NCBI RefSeq assembly: GCF_040938485.1
Contig: NW_027271172.1
Span: 1,054,001-1,118,000, forward strand
Length of the DNA stretch: 64,000 bases
Direction: 5' to 3'
Source: Diadema antillarum
Lineage: Eukaryota
A model generated the notes under the pieces. The model saw nothing but the letters and a program-made list of their open reading frames with translations, was not told the DNA's origin and ran no database searches. This document shows, one piece after another, positions 12,201 to 25,328 of the stretch (within the stretch, counting starts at the first letter, position 1; each line of letters starts with the position of its first letter). The translations under genes were made by a program, and so were the position numbers.

Positions 12201-15200
12201 GTTCAGGAGAGGAGTGAAGAGGTGAGACAGTGCTCTTTGTCTTGGTTTTATTTGAGACTTGCAGCAAAATACTGATTTGTCATGGGTATTTCATCATTTC
12301 CAGCAGTATCACAGAGTAATCTAAAAGCAACTTCACATTTACAGTCGTAGTGACATTTAGAATTTTGTTTTGAATGATACCTAGGTAATTAATGCATGTT
12401 TCATTCCTTTATTCTTGGCTGCAGTTTCTTAGGACACATGGTACATTGTACAAATGGTTAGAAATGAAGTGTTAAAAGGTAGGTGTAGCTGGAACACTGA
12501 GTTGAATATTGAAGCTAAATGGACTGGTTCCACAGCCAGATTGGGGGATGGTCATCGATCATTGGCTGGCTCGGTCAATGATGTGTCTTCCTCATTCTCA
12601 CTAGGTCTGTGGTTCAAGACCCAGTGAGATGAACCGAGGAATGTCACGTCTAACCATGCTTGCGAGGGATAAGGGATTGTGAAATTGATGACAATACCCT
12701 TTAAAGCTCAAGCTATGTATTTTTATTGTTAATTGGGATTTTAGATGTTGATTTTCCTCAGTGTCATACCATCTTAAGATGTGTTTTAAATGGAAAAAAC
12801 TATATGCTATCTAGATTTACTTATTAGATTATAATGAAAGTGATTGAGCAAACATCTCTTCTTCTTTTTTCTTTTTTCTTTTTGTCATGATTTTTCCAGG
12901 TGTGTCAGCATCAATTCCTTGGCTTTCAGTGCTGACGCAATATTCTTGTGTGCTTCCAGCAACACAGAGACGGTTCACATCTTCAAGCTAGAGCAACCAA
13001 AAGAAAAGTTAGTCCGTTTGTGATGTGTGAAAGCACAGTCTGTTGTGTGTATCAATGTTTTGGGCAGTTATGTACCCTTCCCAGTTACAGCTGTTATTGA
13101 TGAATACGTGCAAGGTTCAAAGCAGACCATTATGTCTCAATTTGCAGCCATCACATGGTAGCTGTCAATTTTGAAAAATGCATTTTGAATAGGTGATACT
13201 ATGTTGATTGTGTTCAGTACATTATGAAGAAAATGAGACAAAGCAGAAGAGTAAAATTAGTTACAGATTTTTTTAGTTTTGATCAGCAGAAAGGATTGCA
13301 TTAGTCTAGGCAAAGAAATAAATTGTCTGTAGAATAGGGTTGCAGTCATTTCTTTTCATGTGAGAGAATGTTAAAAGAGAACTGCTACTCTTTCATCTGT
13401 TAACACTGAGAATGTCAAAAACCAGTGATCATCACAAGTCTTTATACATAAAAAATAAAATGGATACCAGAAGTGATGCCTAATAACTTAATTTACTGGT
13501 AGTTTGTACACTGAGTGATGGCTTCACTACTAAAGTAAAGACATACTTTTGTTCGTAATGCACCATTATTTAAACCAACTTTTGCACTAGCAATCCTGAT
13601 AGTAAGCAATATTAGTGTCAATTCATTATAAGCAATTTCCATAAAAAAGTAATCCTTTGTTGGAAGAGGCCCTCAGACTTTCTTTTTATCACAGATCTAG
13701 GTATACATTTCTTTTTGATTGACTTTTATTGTGCATCGCAGTGCACTATCTGCAGTGGCGGATCCAGGGGGCAGCGCACCGAGTGCGCGCCCCCTTTATT
13801 TTTTGCCAAAACAAAAGAAAGAAAAAGAAAAAGTGGGGGGGGGGGGCGCATGCGCCCCCTCTTTACAGAATTCCTGGATCCACCCCTGATCCGTACTCTA
13901 CATGTACATGTAGCATTTTATTAGTATGGCTCTCTTTTCCTGAGCTTGATTCACTAATAGACATACCTGTTGGCTAACAGTTGGCACTGTTATATTGACA
14001 CTAGTTGTCAGCGAACATGATCACTGTAAGCCTATATGCCATATATTTTTTGAGGTTTTATTTTTGCAAATTTCTTGAGTTAAGTGCTGTTTGTGAAATT
14101 ATTAGCTCTGATCTTGACATGACCTCTACATTTTTCTGTTCATTGATGTACTCCATGATTGCGAAGTTAACCTGTCATGAAATTGTTAAGAAGCCCCATT
14201 TGAAAAAAAAAAAATTAGACTCGGTAAATATATGGTATATATATACAATTTGTAGCCCCTCTGATCTCCAATGTACTATTACCTTCACAGCAATACGGCA
14301 CATAGGTTGTCTTATTTTAGCTTAGTGTAAAGTTTAAGGGGATTTACCAAATGCTAGTGAAATAGCTTAGCAGGTAAACAACCAATTATATTGGCATTGA
14401 AAGGGTTTATGTAACATTGAAGTGTTTTGCTTCCCATATTTGTCGCAGGCCAGCGGAAGAGCCCTCAACATGGATGAGCTACCTAGGAAAGGCCTTGATG
14501 ACCCCAGCAAACTATCTCCCATCACAGGTCACAGAGGTCCTGACCCAGGACAGGGCCTTTGCCATTGTCAAGCTCCCCTTCTCAGGGCTCAAGAATGTCT
14601 GTGCCCTAGCAAAGTGAGACACCATTCCTCTTTTCCTCAAAAACCCTGTGTGCATTTTGTGTGCCTTTTGCCTCTTTTCTTCTCCTTGTATTTTCCTGTA
14701 CAGTATTTCAGATGAACATTATTAAGCTTTCCTTTGTAACTGTCTGTTTTTGAAAATGACCCCCTTGGTTTTCATACTTCAACACCAATGTTTGCGAACT
14801 GTCATTATATTCTGTAAAAGATGAGTAAAAGTATGCATTTGTTCTGGTACACACAGGTTATATAATCTGATTATACAAATTCAAAATGTAGTTGTCTACT
14901 CTTGTGCTAGAGTTGCGTCATTTAGTCAAGCTTTACTTCCATTTGTGATCTCTTCCTTCCACACAATATTGCATCGAGTCTAGTGGTTAGTGGCTTACAG
15001 TCCAGCTAAGTTTTCACCTATGCTTTTCACACAGTTTTGTATCAAGTGGTAGAGTTGGGGTAGTTACATAAATACTCTTTATACAGTGCACTCCTGTAGT
15101 AACGAAAACAGTTATTATTAAGTAAAAGTTTAGGTTCCAAAATTGTCATCTATATATTATTGCATACTCCATCGCTCGGCTGTTCGGCTATAATAAAATT

Positions 15201-18200
15201 TTGATATAACAAAAGCAAACTGCTGGTCCACAGGACTTTGCTGAAAAGGGAGTTGCCTGTATACATGTATGTCTGTTTGTCCTCTCCCTTATTAAACAAT
15301 AATGCATCAAGTGCTTTGATAACATTTTCAATCATTTTTGAACACTCATATATGTTGCATGCTCTTCCCAAGTCACTTGGTAAGGCATTATTGGCTAGGG
15401 CGGTGGCTGTTAGTCATGTTTATTCTAATATGTCCCCCTTCACATAGCATCATATTATTTAAATCAGTGAAAGCAGCTTTTCAGTCAGGCTTTACTTTGT
15501 ACCAATGTGTCCATCCACTTTAATATCATGCAGTATCTCCAAGCCACGTGTGTTGGTAGCAGCAGCAGATGGCTTCCTTTACATCTACAACCTGGACCCC
15601 ACAGATGGAGGAGATTGCACACTACTGAAGCAGCACAGGTAATCAAAAAAAACAAACAAACAAACATAAAAACCACACCCATAAAGTCTTATGTGCCATT
15701 TGTTTTCTTTGCAAGTCCTTACTTGAGTAAAGTGCGGTCAAGCGGCATATTCCCATTAGCAATTCAGTGCGTTGAATGCTGTAAAACTGGAAACATTCGT
15801 GGCGAGTAACTTTCGTGAATTGGAGCCAGTGGCCTTTTTTGCCACATGAAACTTCCAACCATGAAAAAATTACGAGTATATTACGTGTACTTGATTGTGC
15901 TGACAAATACTTTTGTATACATTTTCCTTTTGCGCATTGTGACTCTTTGCCAAATTCGCAAAAATTTCATGCTTGCAAAAAATTGCGGTTTTACAGTAAA
16001 TGCTCTATCGGAGGTCGGTGTTCACTGTATGGAACATCAGTCTTTGGAATCTACTCGCTTTATGGTATGCCCGTCAAAATTCTTCATTGGAGGCAAAAGC
16101 AGAGCTGTCATGTCCCCTTGAGCCTGCAAGAGGATCTCTAAAATGGGAATTATTTCTTTGAGACCTAACTAAAGAATATGCAAACCTTGTTGACTTGGGA
16201 GTTGTTATTGCTCACTGAGATGAATATAACACATTTAAGCATCTCCCTGATACTCTAGCTCCTTGGAAATTCCCCGATTTTGATGTGTGGATGTTGGCAA
16301 GCCTGCAAGAGGAAAAGAATTCAGAATAAAAACTTGAGTAGACAGTCGTCATACAAGGTATTCCTGTATTACAGATGACCATGAGCTTCATTCACTATAT
16401 CACAGCTTTCCTACCAACACATGTATCAAAAGGTGTGACTGTCCCAACACCCTCTCATTATTCGTCTCCCAGGTTAGACGGACTGAGCGAGGGCAGCAGT
16501 GGTCTGGCCGGGAGTGGAGCATCTGCGTCTGCGTCGGCAGTGGGCGGGGAGAGCGCGTCGGCCGCGGGAGGCCAGCAGAAGGGTGATGAGGGCGCGGTAG
16601 GGGGCAGGGGAGACCAGGCAGTACTCGGCTTCAACCCGTCGTCCAAGACATTTGCAGCGGCGACAGTGGGGACACGCAATGTGGACCTCCTCTCGTCATC
16701 ACCACATAGGAGCCCCGCTAAAGGTGACTGAAGTGACCCATACACTTTTTAATTTCATTCATGGAACAGCAGTCAGGGATACTACTTGTTATTCCCTTCA
16801 TGCTAATGATGCTTACTTGCACATCATGTTTTCTTTGCCGCACTGTAGAAGAAACAGTACAGTGCACTCCCGTTATAACGAACGCGGCTATAACAAAATT
16901 CTGGTTCCAAGGAAACAAAAATTCAGGCTGCAACATTATCCTCTCTATGTTTTTTTGTTCATTTGTTTGGTTATAACTTAATTTCGATGTAACGAAAGAC
17001 AATGGCCGGTCCCGAGGACTTCGTTATAATGGGAGTCCACTGTAATATGGTTTTAGTTATCAAGTGGAGCCTCTTCAGTGTTGACATTGTTCTACTAAAG
17101 GACCTTGCTATTTTCATTACTGGTACCCTAGTGTTGCATGGGGGGTTAGTGATGTAGATATAAGAAAAGATTTTTAGGGTGTCATGATTTTATTAGTTTT
17201 TTAATAGTGCTACCAGTCTAGATCTGCTTTATGCTTTGTGCTTTGTGAGTCTGTAGATCCGAAATGGAAATCAGTGTAAGACATGAAAAGATGAAAATAT
17301 GGAGAAAATAGAGTGGACTTTGCCAGGTTAACTTTATGAGATTCCAGGTTACTGGACTCCATTGGTTTGTGGTCAAGATATGGCCCAGAGAGTATTGTAA
17401 ACTGATGAAAAATGGACAAGAAGCTTATGCCTCTGTCGGATAAATTAAGGTGGCAATGTCTGCACTGGATGTAGATGTAAGCAAATGCTCTATGTGCCAT
17501 GTATTTTGGGAATATGATATTTCATGAATTAGGGCTTGTGTGACATTTTTAGGAGTGGTTGACTTTGTGACCGAGAAACATGCTGACTGAATGAGGAAAA
17601 AGCATTATCACTTTTTGAGAGAAAAATAGTAATTCTCCCACCTTGGATGCAATATTCAATTCATTTGTGTTACGAGAGACAATATATTTGTGGATATTGC
17701 TCAATTCACAAAATTTGCAAAGATGAAAACACTAAAATGTATTGCTCGTATAGTGTGGTACACATTATGATTTGTGTGTGTGTGTGTGTGCTTTTGAGCA
17801 CAAAAGTATCTCAGTTATCCCATTGTTATTCTCAAGCGTATTGCAATGTTCATCCTATTCAAGTATTAAAGGTGGCCCAAAGAATCACTTAAATGGTGAA
17901 CACCTCCTGCATAACAGATAATGCACTGCTACCTAAATTCTCTTTTATATACTTGGTTCTTACAGAAGTGAAATCCATGTGAATCTAACATCAAAGAAGA
18001 TATTAACCAAACTGATAAATGTACACCTGAATGTGATATTCCTTCTCTTCCTGTCATGTCCTCACCAGACCCGATCTCGCCCAGTGGAGCGGACCACGGG
18101 CACAGCAACGAAGAGCTCATTGTGGCTGCAGACAGTGTTGATGACCAGTTTGGCGCCCCCACAGGGCTCAACCAGCTGAGACTCGACGACGAGAACGAGT

Positions 18201-18229
18201 TTCCCCCCATGACACAGTGCACGGAATGA
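238..18229 (+). CDS. WIPI2: WD-repeat phosphoinositide-interacting protein 2 (Atg18/PROPPIN; probably the single WIPI1/2 pro-ortholog), 489 aa, 10 exons: join(238..308,5356..5438,7060..7226,10942..11229,12151..12221,12900..13007,14449..14613,15534..15638,16473..16723,18069..18229)
   Basis: Exons translate to [138 protein letters not shown]...[32 protein letters not shown]/.../[23 protein letters not shown]3P-binding motif present. All introns GT-AG with consistent phases; total 1470 nt = 490 codons. Confidence 0.96.
743..2579. mobile_element. 1.84-kb foldback non-autonomous DNA element in WIPI2 intron 1 (arms 743-1524 and 1815-2579, ~290-bp spacer)
   Basis: The right arm is the reverse complement of the left at roughly 90% by eye (TAGACAGAAAGATC... 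/ ...GATCTTTCTGTCTA). Mirror-image ORFs appear in the track (1330..1524- and 1719..2003+). Termini TAG...CTA fit either a TA target duplication or an Academ-like end; superfamily unresolved. Confidence 0.85.
5550..6574. mobile_element. ~1.03-kb foldback element with TTAA target duplication, Kolobok-like, in WIPI2 intron 2
   Basis: TTAA at 5546-5549 and 6575-6578; ends AGAT...ATCT (RR...YY termini plus TTAA is the Kolobok signature). Arms are reverse-complementary up to ~5984/6029. The right arm has an extra nested hairpin at ~6345-6440. Confidence 0.75.
9349..9538. mobile_element. Tc1/mariner(pogo)-type MITE, family 1 (CAGTGCACTCCCGTTATAAC TIR, TA TSD)
   Basis: TA|CAatGTACTCCCATTATAACG ... 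TTATAACAGGAGTGCACTG|TA; same family as 15084, 16860, 28676 and 32928. Confidence 0.75.
13753..13888. mobile_element. Short hAT-like MITE (CAGTGGCGGATCCAG...CTGGATCCACCCCTG)
   Basis: Imperfect 15-bp TIR; flanks ATCTG / ATCCG (4/5 match, possible 5-bp TSD). A related inverted copy is at ~40629-40782. Confidence 0.65.
15084..15259. mobile_element. MITE family 1, degenerate copy
   Basis: TA|CAGTGCACTCCTGTAGTAACG ... CTGCTGGTCCACAGGACTTTG...GGGAGTTGCCTG|TA. Confidence 0.65.
15779..15996. mobile_element. MITE family 2 (CTGTA...TACAG ends, TA-type target, TTCGC/GCGAA-rich)
   Basis: CTGTAAAACTGG ... GCGGTTTTACAG|TA; resembles 29416-29625 and 53862-54085. Confidence 0.6.
16860..17042. mobile_element. 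MITE family 1
   Basis: TA|CAGTGCACTCCCGTTATAACGAA ... TTCGTTATAATGGGAGTCCACTG|TA. Confidence 0.85.
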
Positions 18230-21200
18230 CGTCTCAGACTGCGATCCCGTAATGCTCCAAGATGGCCGCCACGAATTTGCTTTCTAATCTGTCAACAGTC
18301 TCACCTGCTGCGATTGTCGCTAAGGTATAGTCCGCGAATGGTGAAGATGTGCATTATCATCATTACGTTGAGTTGGGATGCATATCAACAGGTTTGGCAT
18401 GTGATGCTAGCTGCCTCCTTGTTGCAGCATTTTCATTTGAAGTGACTGTTCACTCTCGCATCTATCAAACGTGTCAGAAAAACTGGCTCTTTAATGTTTA
18501 CCATGCTTTTTGTCGTGCTGTGAAAATGGCACAGGGAAAATGATTGATTTATTGTGTCTTTTTGACCATTCCGTAACTCTAATGCACCTTTAGACCTGCC
18601 GTTGATGAATACTCGTTCTTTTGTTCGTGCAAAGAAAGGTGTTTGTGAACATGCTGTCCTAGTAGCTGTGATCCATCACTTCAAATGAAGCAATCTGCGA
18701 CGTTCAGATTGTTGATTTTGCAGAGGCTGTGATCACACTGTACTCAATTTCTCATCACAAAGTTGACATTTGTTCACTACTGTTGCGTTATTCGCTACGT
18801 CGATAACATAAACATATAGACAGAAGCCTCATTTACCAAACGTCTGGGGGAGGGACACAGGGAAAGTGCTAAAAAACAGTTGTCTAGAGACAACTTGATT
18901 ATACCTCGGATGAATTGTGGACAGCTGAAAAGGGATACATTTGATATTTCTTGGTGAAACATTACGAATTTGGTATTTGGTACAAGCATTTCTCAGAGAC
19001 CCCTTGCTGTCTCGAGCAGAAATTTTTTGAAAAAAGAGGGCTTTCACTTGGGGTCTGCTTCATCACAGGAGTATGCAAAGCTGTGGCTCAAGATTTGTAA
19101 AATACTCTTCCAAAGTGAATGGAAGAGGAAGGAGGATCATAGCATTTGAAATCGATGCGGTTGGCGCCATCGAAATATCTGTATAGGGACGAGAGCGGTT
19201 TTTGGCTCCTAGATGTGAAAGTTGAGCCAGTGAACCCATGTTGTGTAATGGTCATCACCGGTCATTACTAGCATGAAATATTGTGTGCAATGAAATTGAA
19301 ATTTGGTAAAAATAAGCGCTTGAAGGGGCATTTACAACACGAAACACATTTATAACCAAAACGTATACGTGAAAGCAAAATCAAATTCATTTCATTATTA
19401 GCTGTGCCATATTACCATGTTAATTTGCTGCCAGGAAAAAAATGAAAAAGAAGGAAAATCAACCTTGAAATGGTGGTACAACCTGTACGTACTTGCAAAC
19501 TATAATTGCCTCATTCAGTCTGAGTTAGAGTGCAGTCATGGCTTTAAGACTGTGATCATTTTTTGTCCCCTTTTTTCATCTTTCTTTCTTGCAAAGGAGT
19601 ATATATGGATATGATAAACTTCATTGCCCTTCAATATGTATTAATGCTCTCGGTGGTAAAAACTGTCCTGCTTTGCAGTCTATGTAGTCCTGTATTGGTC
19701 ACTGCAGCTGAACAAGCTTCATTCCATTTGTGCAAGAAAACTAAAACTGAAAGCAACGTTGTGGTGCAAACTGCGTATATCAAGTACAGTGTATCTCATC
19801 CCGAAAATGTTAGATACAACACTGGCTAATATAAGATAAATGCCACAGTCCCCTTCAACCCCTGTTGACATGTAAGAAGTGGTGTTTTTGTTCACAAAGT
19901 AATTTCTTCTTTAAATTCAGAATTGTAGATATAGGTTACCCTGAAATGATGCGAGATGAGCATGTGTTCTGCAGGCCACCATTTTGAGAGTGACTGCCAA
20001 GTCTGCAAAATCTATGTGTTTTGATGCCAATACTGGGCACAACTTTGTGACGGCTGCTAAATTGATAGCTGCAGAGAAAATCAAGTGATTGGGATCATGT
20101 TGCATGGTTGGTGGTTGCCTGCATGGAGGGTGGGGATTTACTGTCAACGACAACAGAACGTAGACTGAAATGAGAAGTATTCACCAGGTGGCAGTGGGAT
20201 TCACATAACAAATGCCCCACCATGCTGACTTGCTCATGGCATGACTGCATGGCAACAAGGAAGCTAGAAATCATCACTACACTGCCAAAATGTTCGTCAC
20301 CAGCTTCTAAAGGCTCTCTTGTCAGCATATGGTGTTGTAGATCTAAATGTGCCATAGTCATCATACACATTAAAGCATACTTGATGCATATGTTGGACAG
20401 GAGAATTCTGCTTCTCCGGATATTTATTACACTGTTGCAATAGGTTTACTACAGTACGTGACGAGCATCATCGGGTGTTTCTCACCAGATGTTAGATCCT
20501 GGGGCACAGACAAAATGAGAAAAAGGCACACTTGTGAAATGATTAAATCCTGTGTGTGCTCACGTACCAGTGTCTGCCAATTATTGCCAGTACTCCCGTG
20601 CATTTTGTGCAGTTGTGCATGTGCAATTGTCTCGCACAGAGTGATAACGAATCCGTGACAGGAACTTACGTGTTCAAGTTCACCCAGAATAGCAGGTTCG
20701 CAATTTAACTGTTTTCATTTTGAAAGATGAGCAAGGTACGCGACAACATACAAGGTATAAAGAATATCTAAGAGTGTTGGTTATCTCTTCATTGATGTGA
20801 AAATGGTCGACTCTCCAACCTTCATCATAATATGGAAGGTGTAAAACAAAACAAAAACACAGTTTAAACGACTGTCATTTCATTTGACATTGCTTTCTTT
20901 ATCTGTCAGTATTAGTGCCAACTGTAGCATCAAGTCCTTTTTACCAAGTCATTCTCTCTCAGAAAATTCTTTTAAACACCAATTATCTGTGATACCACAA
21001 GGGGGATTTCCTGCATTATATTTCAAACTTAGCTATGCCAAATATAATTCCCATTTTATGTGGTCATTTTCTGTCTTATTTGGCCCACAGATTATTTAGA
21101 AATGTTGATGTATGTAGCAAAATTTCTGGCGATATTACAAAGGGCCGAAAAAACAAGAGCAAATGATAGTTTTAAAACAATGTAATACTGGTGGTTACAG

Positions 21201-23121
21201 ATGGAGCAAAAAAGATGCTACTACATGTAATGATTATTGATAACGATAATGATTGTTATTCTAATGATAATGAACATGGTAATAATGTAAAAGTATGTTC
21301 TAATTTTACAAAACAGAGTGTTTTGGTAGTGGTCTATGTCTGTATTAATCTAATATGACCTGGGGAATAACTACTACACATAGACCTATGGTCCAAGATG
21401 GTTACAATGGCAAATATTATCCTCATACTGCAAGTTAGTTTCAATAATGAAATCACAAGAAAAAATAGCTAATACTAGAAGTCTTCATAATTTTCTTAGA
21501 AATCACCGGGGTTCTTAATATGCAGATATAAAGCTACCGATTTGGGTCATATTTTTTGTAAGTTGCCTGAAGTCCTTGAGCCGACCTTTTTTTTTACTAT
21601 TTTTTTTTTTACAAACAGTGACAGTCTCAATGCTTAAATGGCTGTTGTTGTCAAATTTCTGATATAAATCGTATGCAAGTTATTTGGATTTTCTCTCTTG
21701 TATTTCTGTGATCTGAAGTGGATGCATGTATGCTTCTTGTTTGCTCTGTAGGCTGTGTGATGCAAATGTAGAGTAATCCTGCTGAATATTGTGTAGTTGT
21801 TTATTTTTTCAATTTCTTCATTTTCTTTGCGTAATTTGCCATTTACGACAGAAGCTTTTCATTTTTTGATAGTGTATGATCCACGTTTTGTGTATCCTGT
21901 GTGTTGGTGTTGTTCAGCTGTACGTGCCTCTGAAACTCTGAGAACATGTCCAATTGTTTGTGTAATTACAAAATCGTACCGATGTATGGCAGGATGTCTG
22001 AATTTCTGATGTACCATGTGCAACCCCCAAATGCATGGAGCAGAGTGCGTACTGGTGTTATGAATAGACAGCACTCACAGTGATTCAGAACACACAGTGT
22101 ATATCTCTTGCATGAGTAAGATTGGTGTGTAACGTTCTCTCACTTTGTAACGTTATGGTTGGTGTATCCTGTTTTTCAAAGAGCAGTATTGAATATGTGA
22201 CATGTAAATAATATGCCATAAATGTGTTTGTCTGTTACATACATTTTTTGTTCTTTTTCTTTTTTTGCCAAGTGCTGTGTGTGTGGTTCTGCCCAGGCAG
22301 GCAGGACTTGTGGGCAGGAATGGATTGGAATTTCTCAATGTTTTACAGGATACAATTTGTGGAATATGTGTATATGTAAAAACCTACTGCTAACACAAAA
22401 TGGATAGTCTATGTGTGCAAAGCTCTTGCGAATGGTCATTTTGATCAACAATTTGATATGAACGAATCATTCTGTTTATCCCCGCTATGTTAAAGATACA
22501 CAGAATGAGTCGTCTGTACATTTTTATCAAATTTCTTTGAAGAGATTTATCATTTGTTGTTACTTTTTTTTTTACATGTCATTTGTAAAGCGTTGATAAT
22601 ATTCTTCATCATGTCATTTATCACACATTTTATTCTGCAGTGTATAAAAGAAATATATCAAACTGTTATACAAATACATGGAACTGTGATATACAATGTA
22701 GATACATAATTTCTTTTTTTTTCTTTTGATCACCATATAAAGGTACTGATTGAATATCAAAGTAACATGTTGCCATTGAAGAGAAGATATGAAAATTATT
22801 AAATTGCAAACAAATGGAACTTATGTTATTCTGGTAAACATGTTTTTTATGTTTTAGTGTGTGTTTAAAATGTTTCTGTGCCTCCACAATTATTATTGTT
22901 ATTATTATTTTAAATACACTCCTCAATCTGTGTCCTAGCGTTAATACTGGGGAACTTTCACAAGCACAATGCAGCCACTAGTTGAGCAGTCTCTTTTATA
23001 CAAATGATATCAATTTCAGTGTATTCATTGTCCAGCAGGACATTCCTTGCATTTCAAGTCTTGAAACATGAAAACATAAAAAAAGTACAGCATCATGAAG
23101 AGTTCATGACATAATTACCTG

Positions 23122-23123
<2 letters not shown>

Positions 23124-23159
<36 letters not shown>

Positions 23160-23172
23160 ACACACACACACA
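23124..23172. repeat. (CA)n microsatellite
   Basis: Direct reading. Confidence 0.9.
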
Positions 23173-23402
23173 CTCACCACACATACACACTATTAAAAGG
23201 CTTGTTGAGTGAAGGGCTACCAAGAAGTACAAAATTTTAATAAAAATACATGTATCTCTAGTGCATTCCTGCTTTTCAAAATTACTATATTTCAGTGATT
23301 AACATTGCAGAATTTGTATGTGTAAGTATGGTTTAAAGAAATGGTATAGTTTTGGTTGAGACGGGAATTCACCTTTTAACTTTGAGAGATGATTAGAAAC
23401 CA

Positions 23403-23639
23403 CTTATGGAATATTAAAGAGCTTACAATTCTAAGGAGAATTCAAAGTTATTTGATGAAAATCGGTTTTGAAATGGCCGAGATATTCAACAACAAAAAAG
23501 TAAAACAAAGCAATCCTAGTAAAAGTGGGTCCCGCCTTTTACATGTATTAGGATCACTTTGTTTTGGATATCTCTGCCATTTCAAAACCAATTTTCAGCC
23601 AATAAACTTTGAATTGTATGGTCTTGCATATTTCATAAG
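23403..23639. repeat. Degenerate inverted repeat, probably the core of an old DNA-transposon relic
   Basis: TCAAAGTTATTTGATGAAAATCGGTTTTGAAATGGCCGAGATAT (~23443) versus ATATCTCTGCCATTTCAAAACCAATTTTCAGCCAATAAACTTTGA (~23567); outer CTTATG/CATAAG. Confidence 0.55.
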
Positions 23640-24300
23640 AGCCCCCCCCCCCCCCCCCTTGACACTCCGTGAGGTGTGTCACCATCGCAAAAAGCCATGT
23701 TCCCCGACTGTTTTTCTTTCAAGTCTCCCGCATCTTTTGACACCAAATCTGCAACCCTCAGGCTAGAGGTTCCGAAGTTCCGCATAATTATGTACATGCA
23801 TGTCGGACCAAAAAATGCTCAAAAACGTGAATTCATGTACAATTTCAATGCAACTTATGCATACAGTGAAAAAAAACCATGATTATTTTTTTCATTTTAT
23901 TGATTAAAGTCAATTAACATACATGCTTGCAACAATGTCGCGGACAAATTTCAGCGAAAAAACAAGGAAATACATAAGAAATTATGAAAAACAATAAAAT
24001 ACTACAGAAACTTTTTCGAAAGCACTTGTCTTTTACGTACTTTTGCTAAGGCCACGAGGAAGAATATTTTCACAAATAATGAGCCTGTTTAGAGCTTTAT
24101 TTAGTGATTTATGGGAATAGTCTGATAATTTTGTGAGAAATGAACTGAATTCTTTTTTGTAGATTACGACACAGGCAATGTGTGTGTCAATTTGTGTCAT
24201 GATCGCGCAAGTTGACGGCGGAGATCCGAAGGGGGGGGGGGAGGGTGGGCCTGGGAGGCCCCCCTCTGGCTCTATCATCTACCTAAAAAAAAGAAGAAAA

Positions 24301-24312
24301 TATATATCTATA

Positions 24313-24356
<44 letters not shown>
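24301..24356. repeat. (TA)n microsatellite at the PLE 3' flank
   Basis: Direct reading; a second (TA)n at 25409-25430 flanks the other end. Confidence 0.9.
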
Positions 24357-24361
<5 letters not shown>

Positions 24362-24447
24362 CAGCAATAAATAGTTTCTGCTCGGAGTCCTAAGAAAGTA
24401 TAGATTCACAACAGTAGGTCAATATAAACTCCGTTGGAGACGTAAAT

Positions 24448-24484
24448 TTGACGAATTTTCGCCCATAGGGCTTTGTCAAGTCAA
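24448..24484 (-). ncRNA. Candidate minimal type I hammerhead ribozyme (U3-A8 variant) in the PLE 3' repeat
   Basis: Minus strand 5'-TTGAC TTGACAA A GCCC TAT GGGC GAA AATT C|GTCAA-3': stem I TTGAC/GTCAA, core UUGACAA, stem II GCCC/GGGC, GAAA, palindromic AATT stem III, UC cleavage site. Folded by eye. Confidence 0.6.
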
Positions 24485-24735
24485 TACATTTGACACTTTA
24501 TTTTGAAGCAGATCAAAATAAAAGATGCGTCGTCACTGTGATGGTAGCGCGTCCATAACAAGATGCGCACATACACAAATAGCGCACAAGGGTGCACATA
24601 GACAAATAGCGCACAGGTAGGACGTCACAAAGAAAACTAGGAAGGTAAGGAAAATACAAGAAGTGTACAAAATAGGACGTCACAAAGAACAAAGAGAAAG
24701 CACGTCACAAAGCAAGGAGGTAGAAAATTGCAGAT

Positions 24736-24768
<33 letters not shown>

Positions 24769-24813
24769 AGAAGGAAATGATAAAAAAGAAAGATTATTCC
24801 TTAACGGAGAAAG

Positions 24814-25328
24814 AACATTCAGTCCATTGGGGTGAAGGCAGCTGAGGCGATAGATTAGTTGCTCTTCTCGTAGTTTGCGGACTTCGTCTGGGCCATCATG
24901 ACAGGTCGTCATTACACCGATCTTCAGGTGGTTAATGGTGTGCCCGGGCCGGTTGAAGTGCTGGGCCACTGGAAGTCCCGGTGTATTGAGCCTTACTGAT
25001 CAGAGGTGTTCGGTTGCGCGGTCTGCTAGTCTCCGTTTCGTCTTACCTATGTAGATCTTGTGGCAGGCTGTACAGTGATCGCGTAGACCACATTCTCAAC
25101 GGTACAGGTGAACCGATCGCGAACAACCCAGGTGTATTTAGGACCTTTGATGTGTGCTGCCCTATCCACATGGCTACATGTGTTGCACCGTCTCCTTCCA
25201 CAGGGTTGGGTACCGCATTCCAAATCTGCTTCAGACTGTGCCTGGACCTTCAACCCCGTGTGGACCAACAGATCCCATAGACTCCGGTCCTTCTTGTATG
25301 CTACGAGAGGAGGCTCTTTGAAGATTTG
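24814..25328 (-). pseudogene. Degenerate PLE ORF C-terminus: RT-thumb end, Cys linker and GIY-YIG endonuclease
   Basis: QIFKEPPLVAYKKDRSLWDLLVH...GTQPCGRRRCNTCSHV...FTCTVENVVYAI[frameshift ~25073]CTACHKIYIGKTKRRLADRATEHL*(25000-25002)SVR...PVAQHFNRPGH...RKLREEQLIYRLSCLHPNGLN. Confidence 0.88.

Noticed and set aside
17966-18068. Alternative upstream acceptors for WIPI2 exon 10
   Set aside because: The AG with a good pyrimidine tract (17965) is out of frame and hits a stop; the in-frame AGs (17996, 17999) lack pyrimidine tracts.
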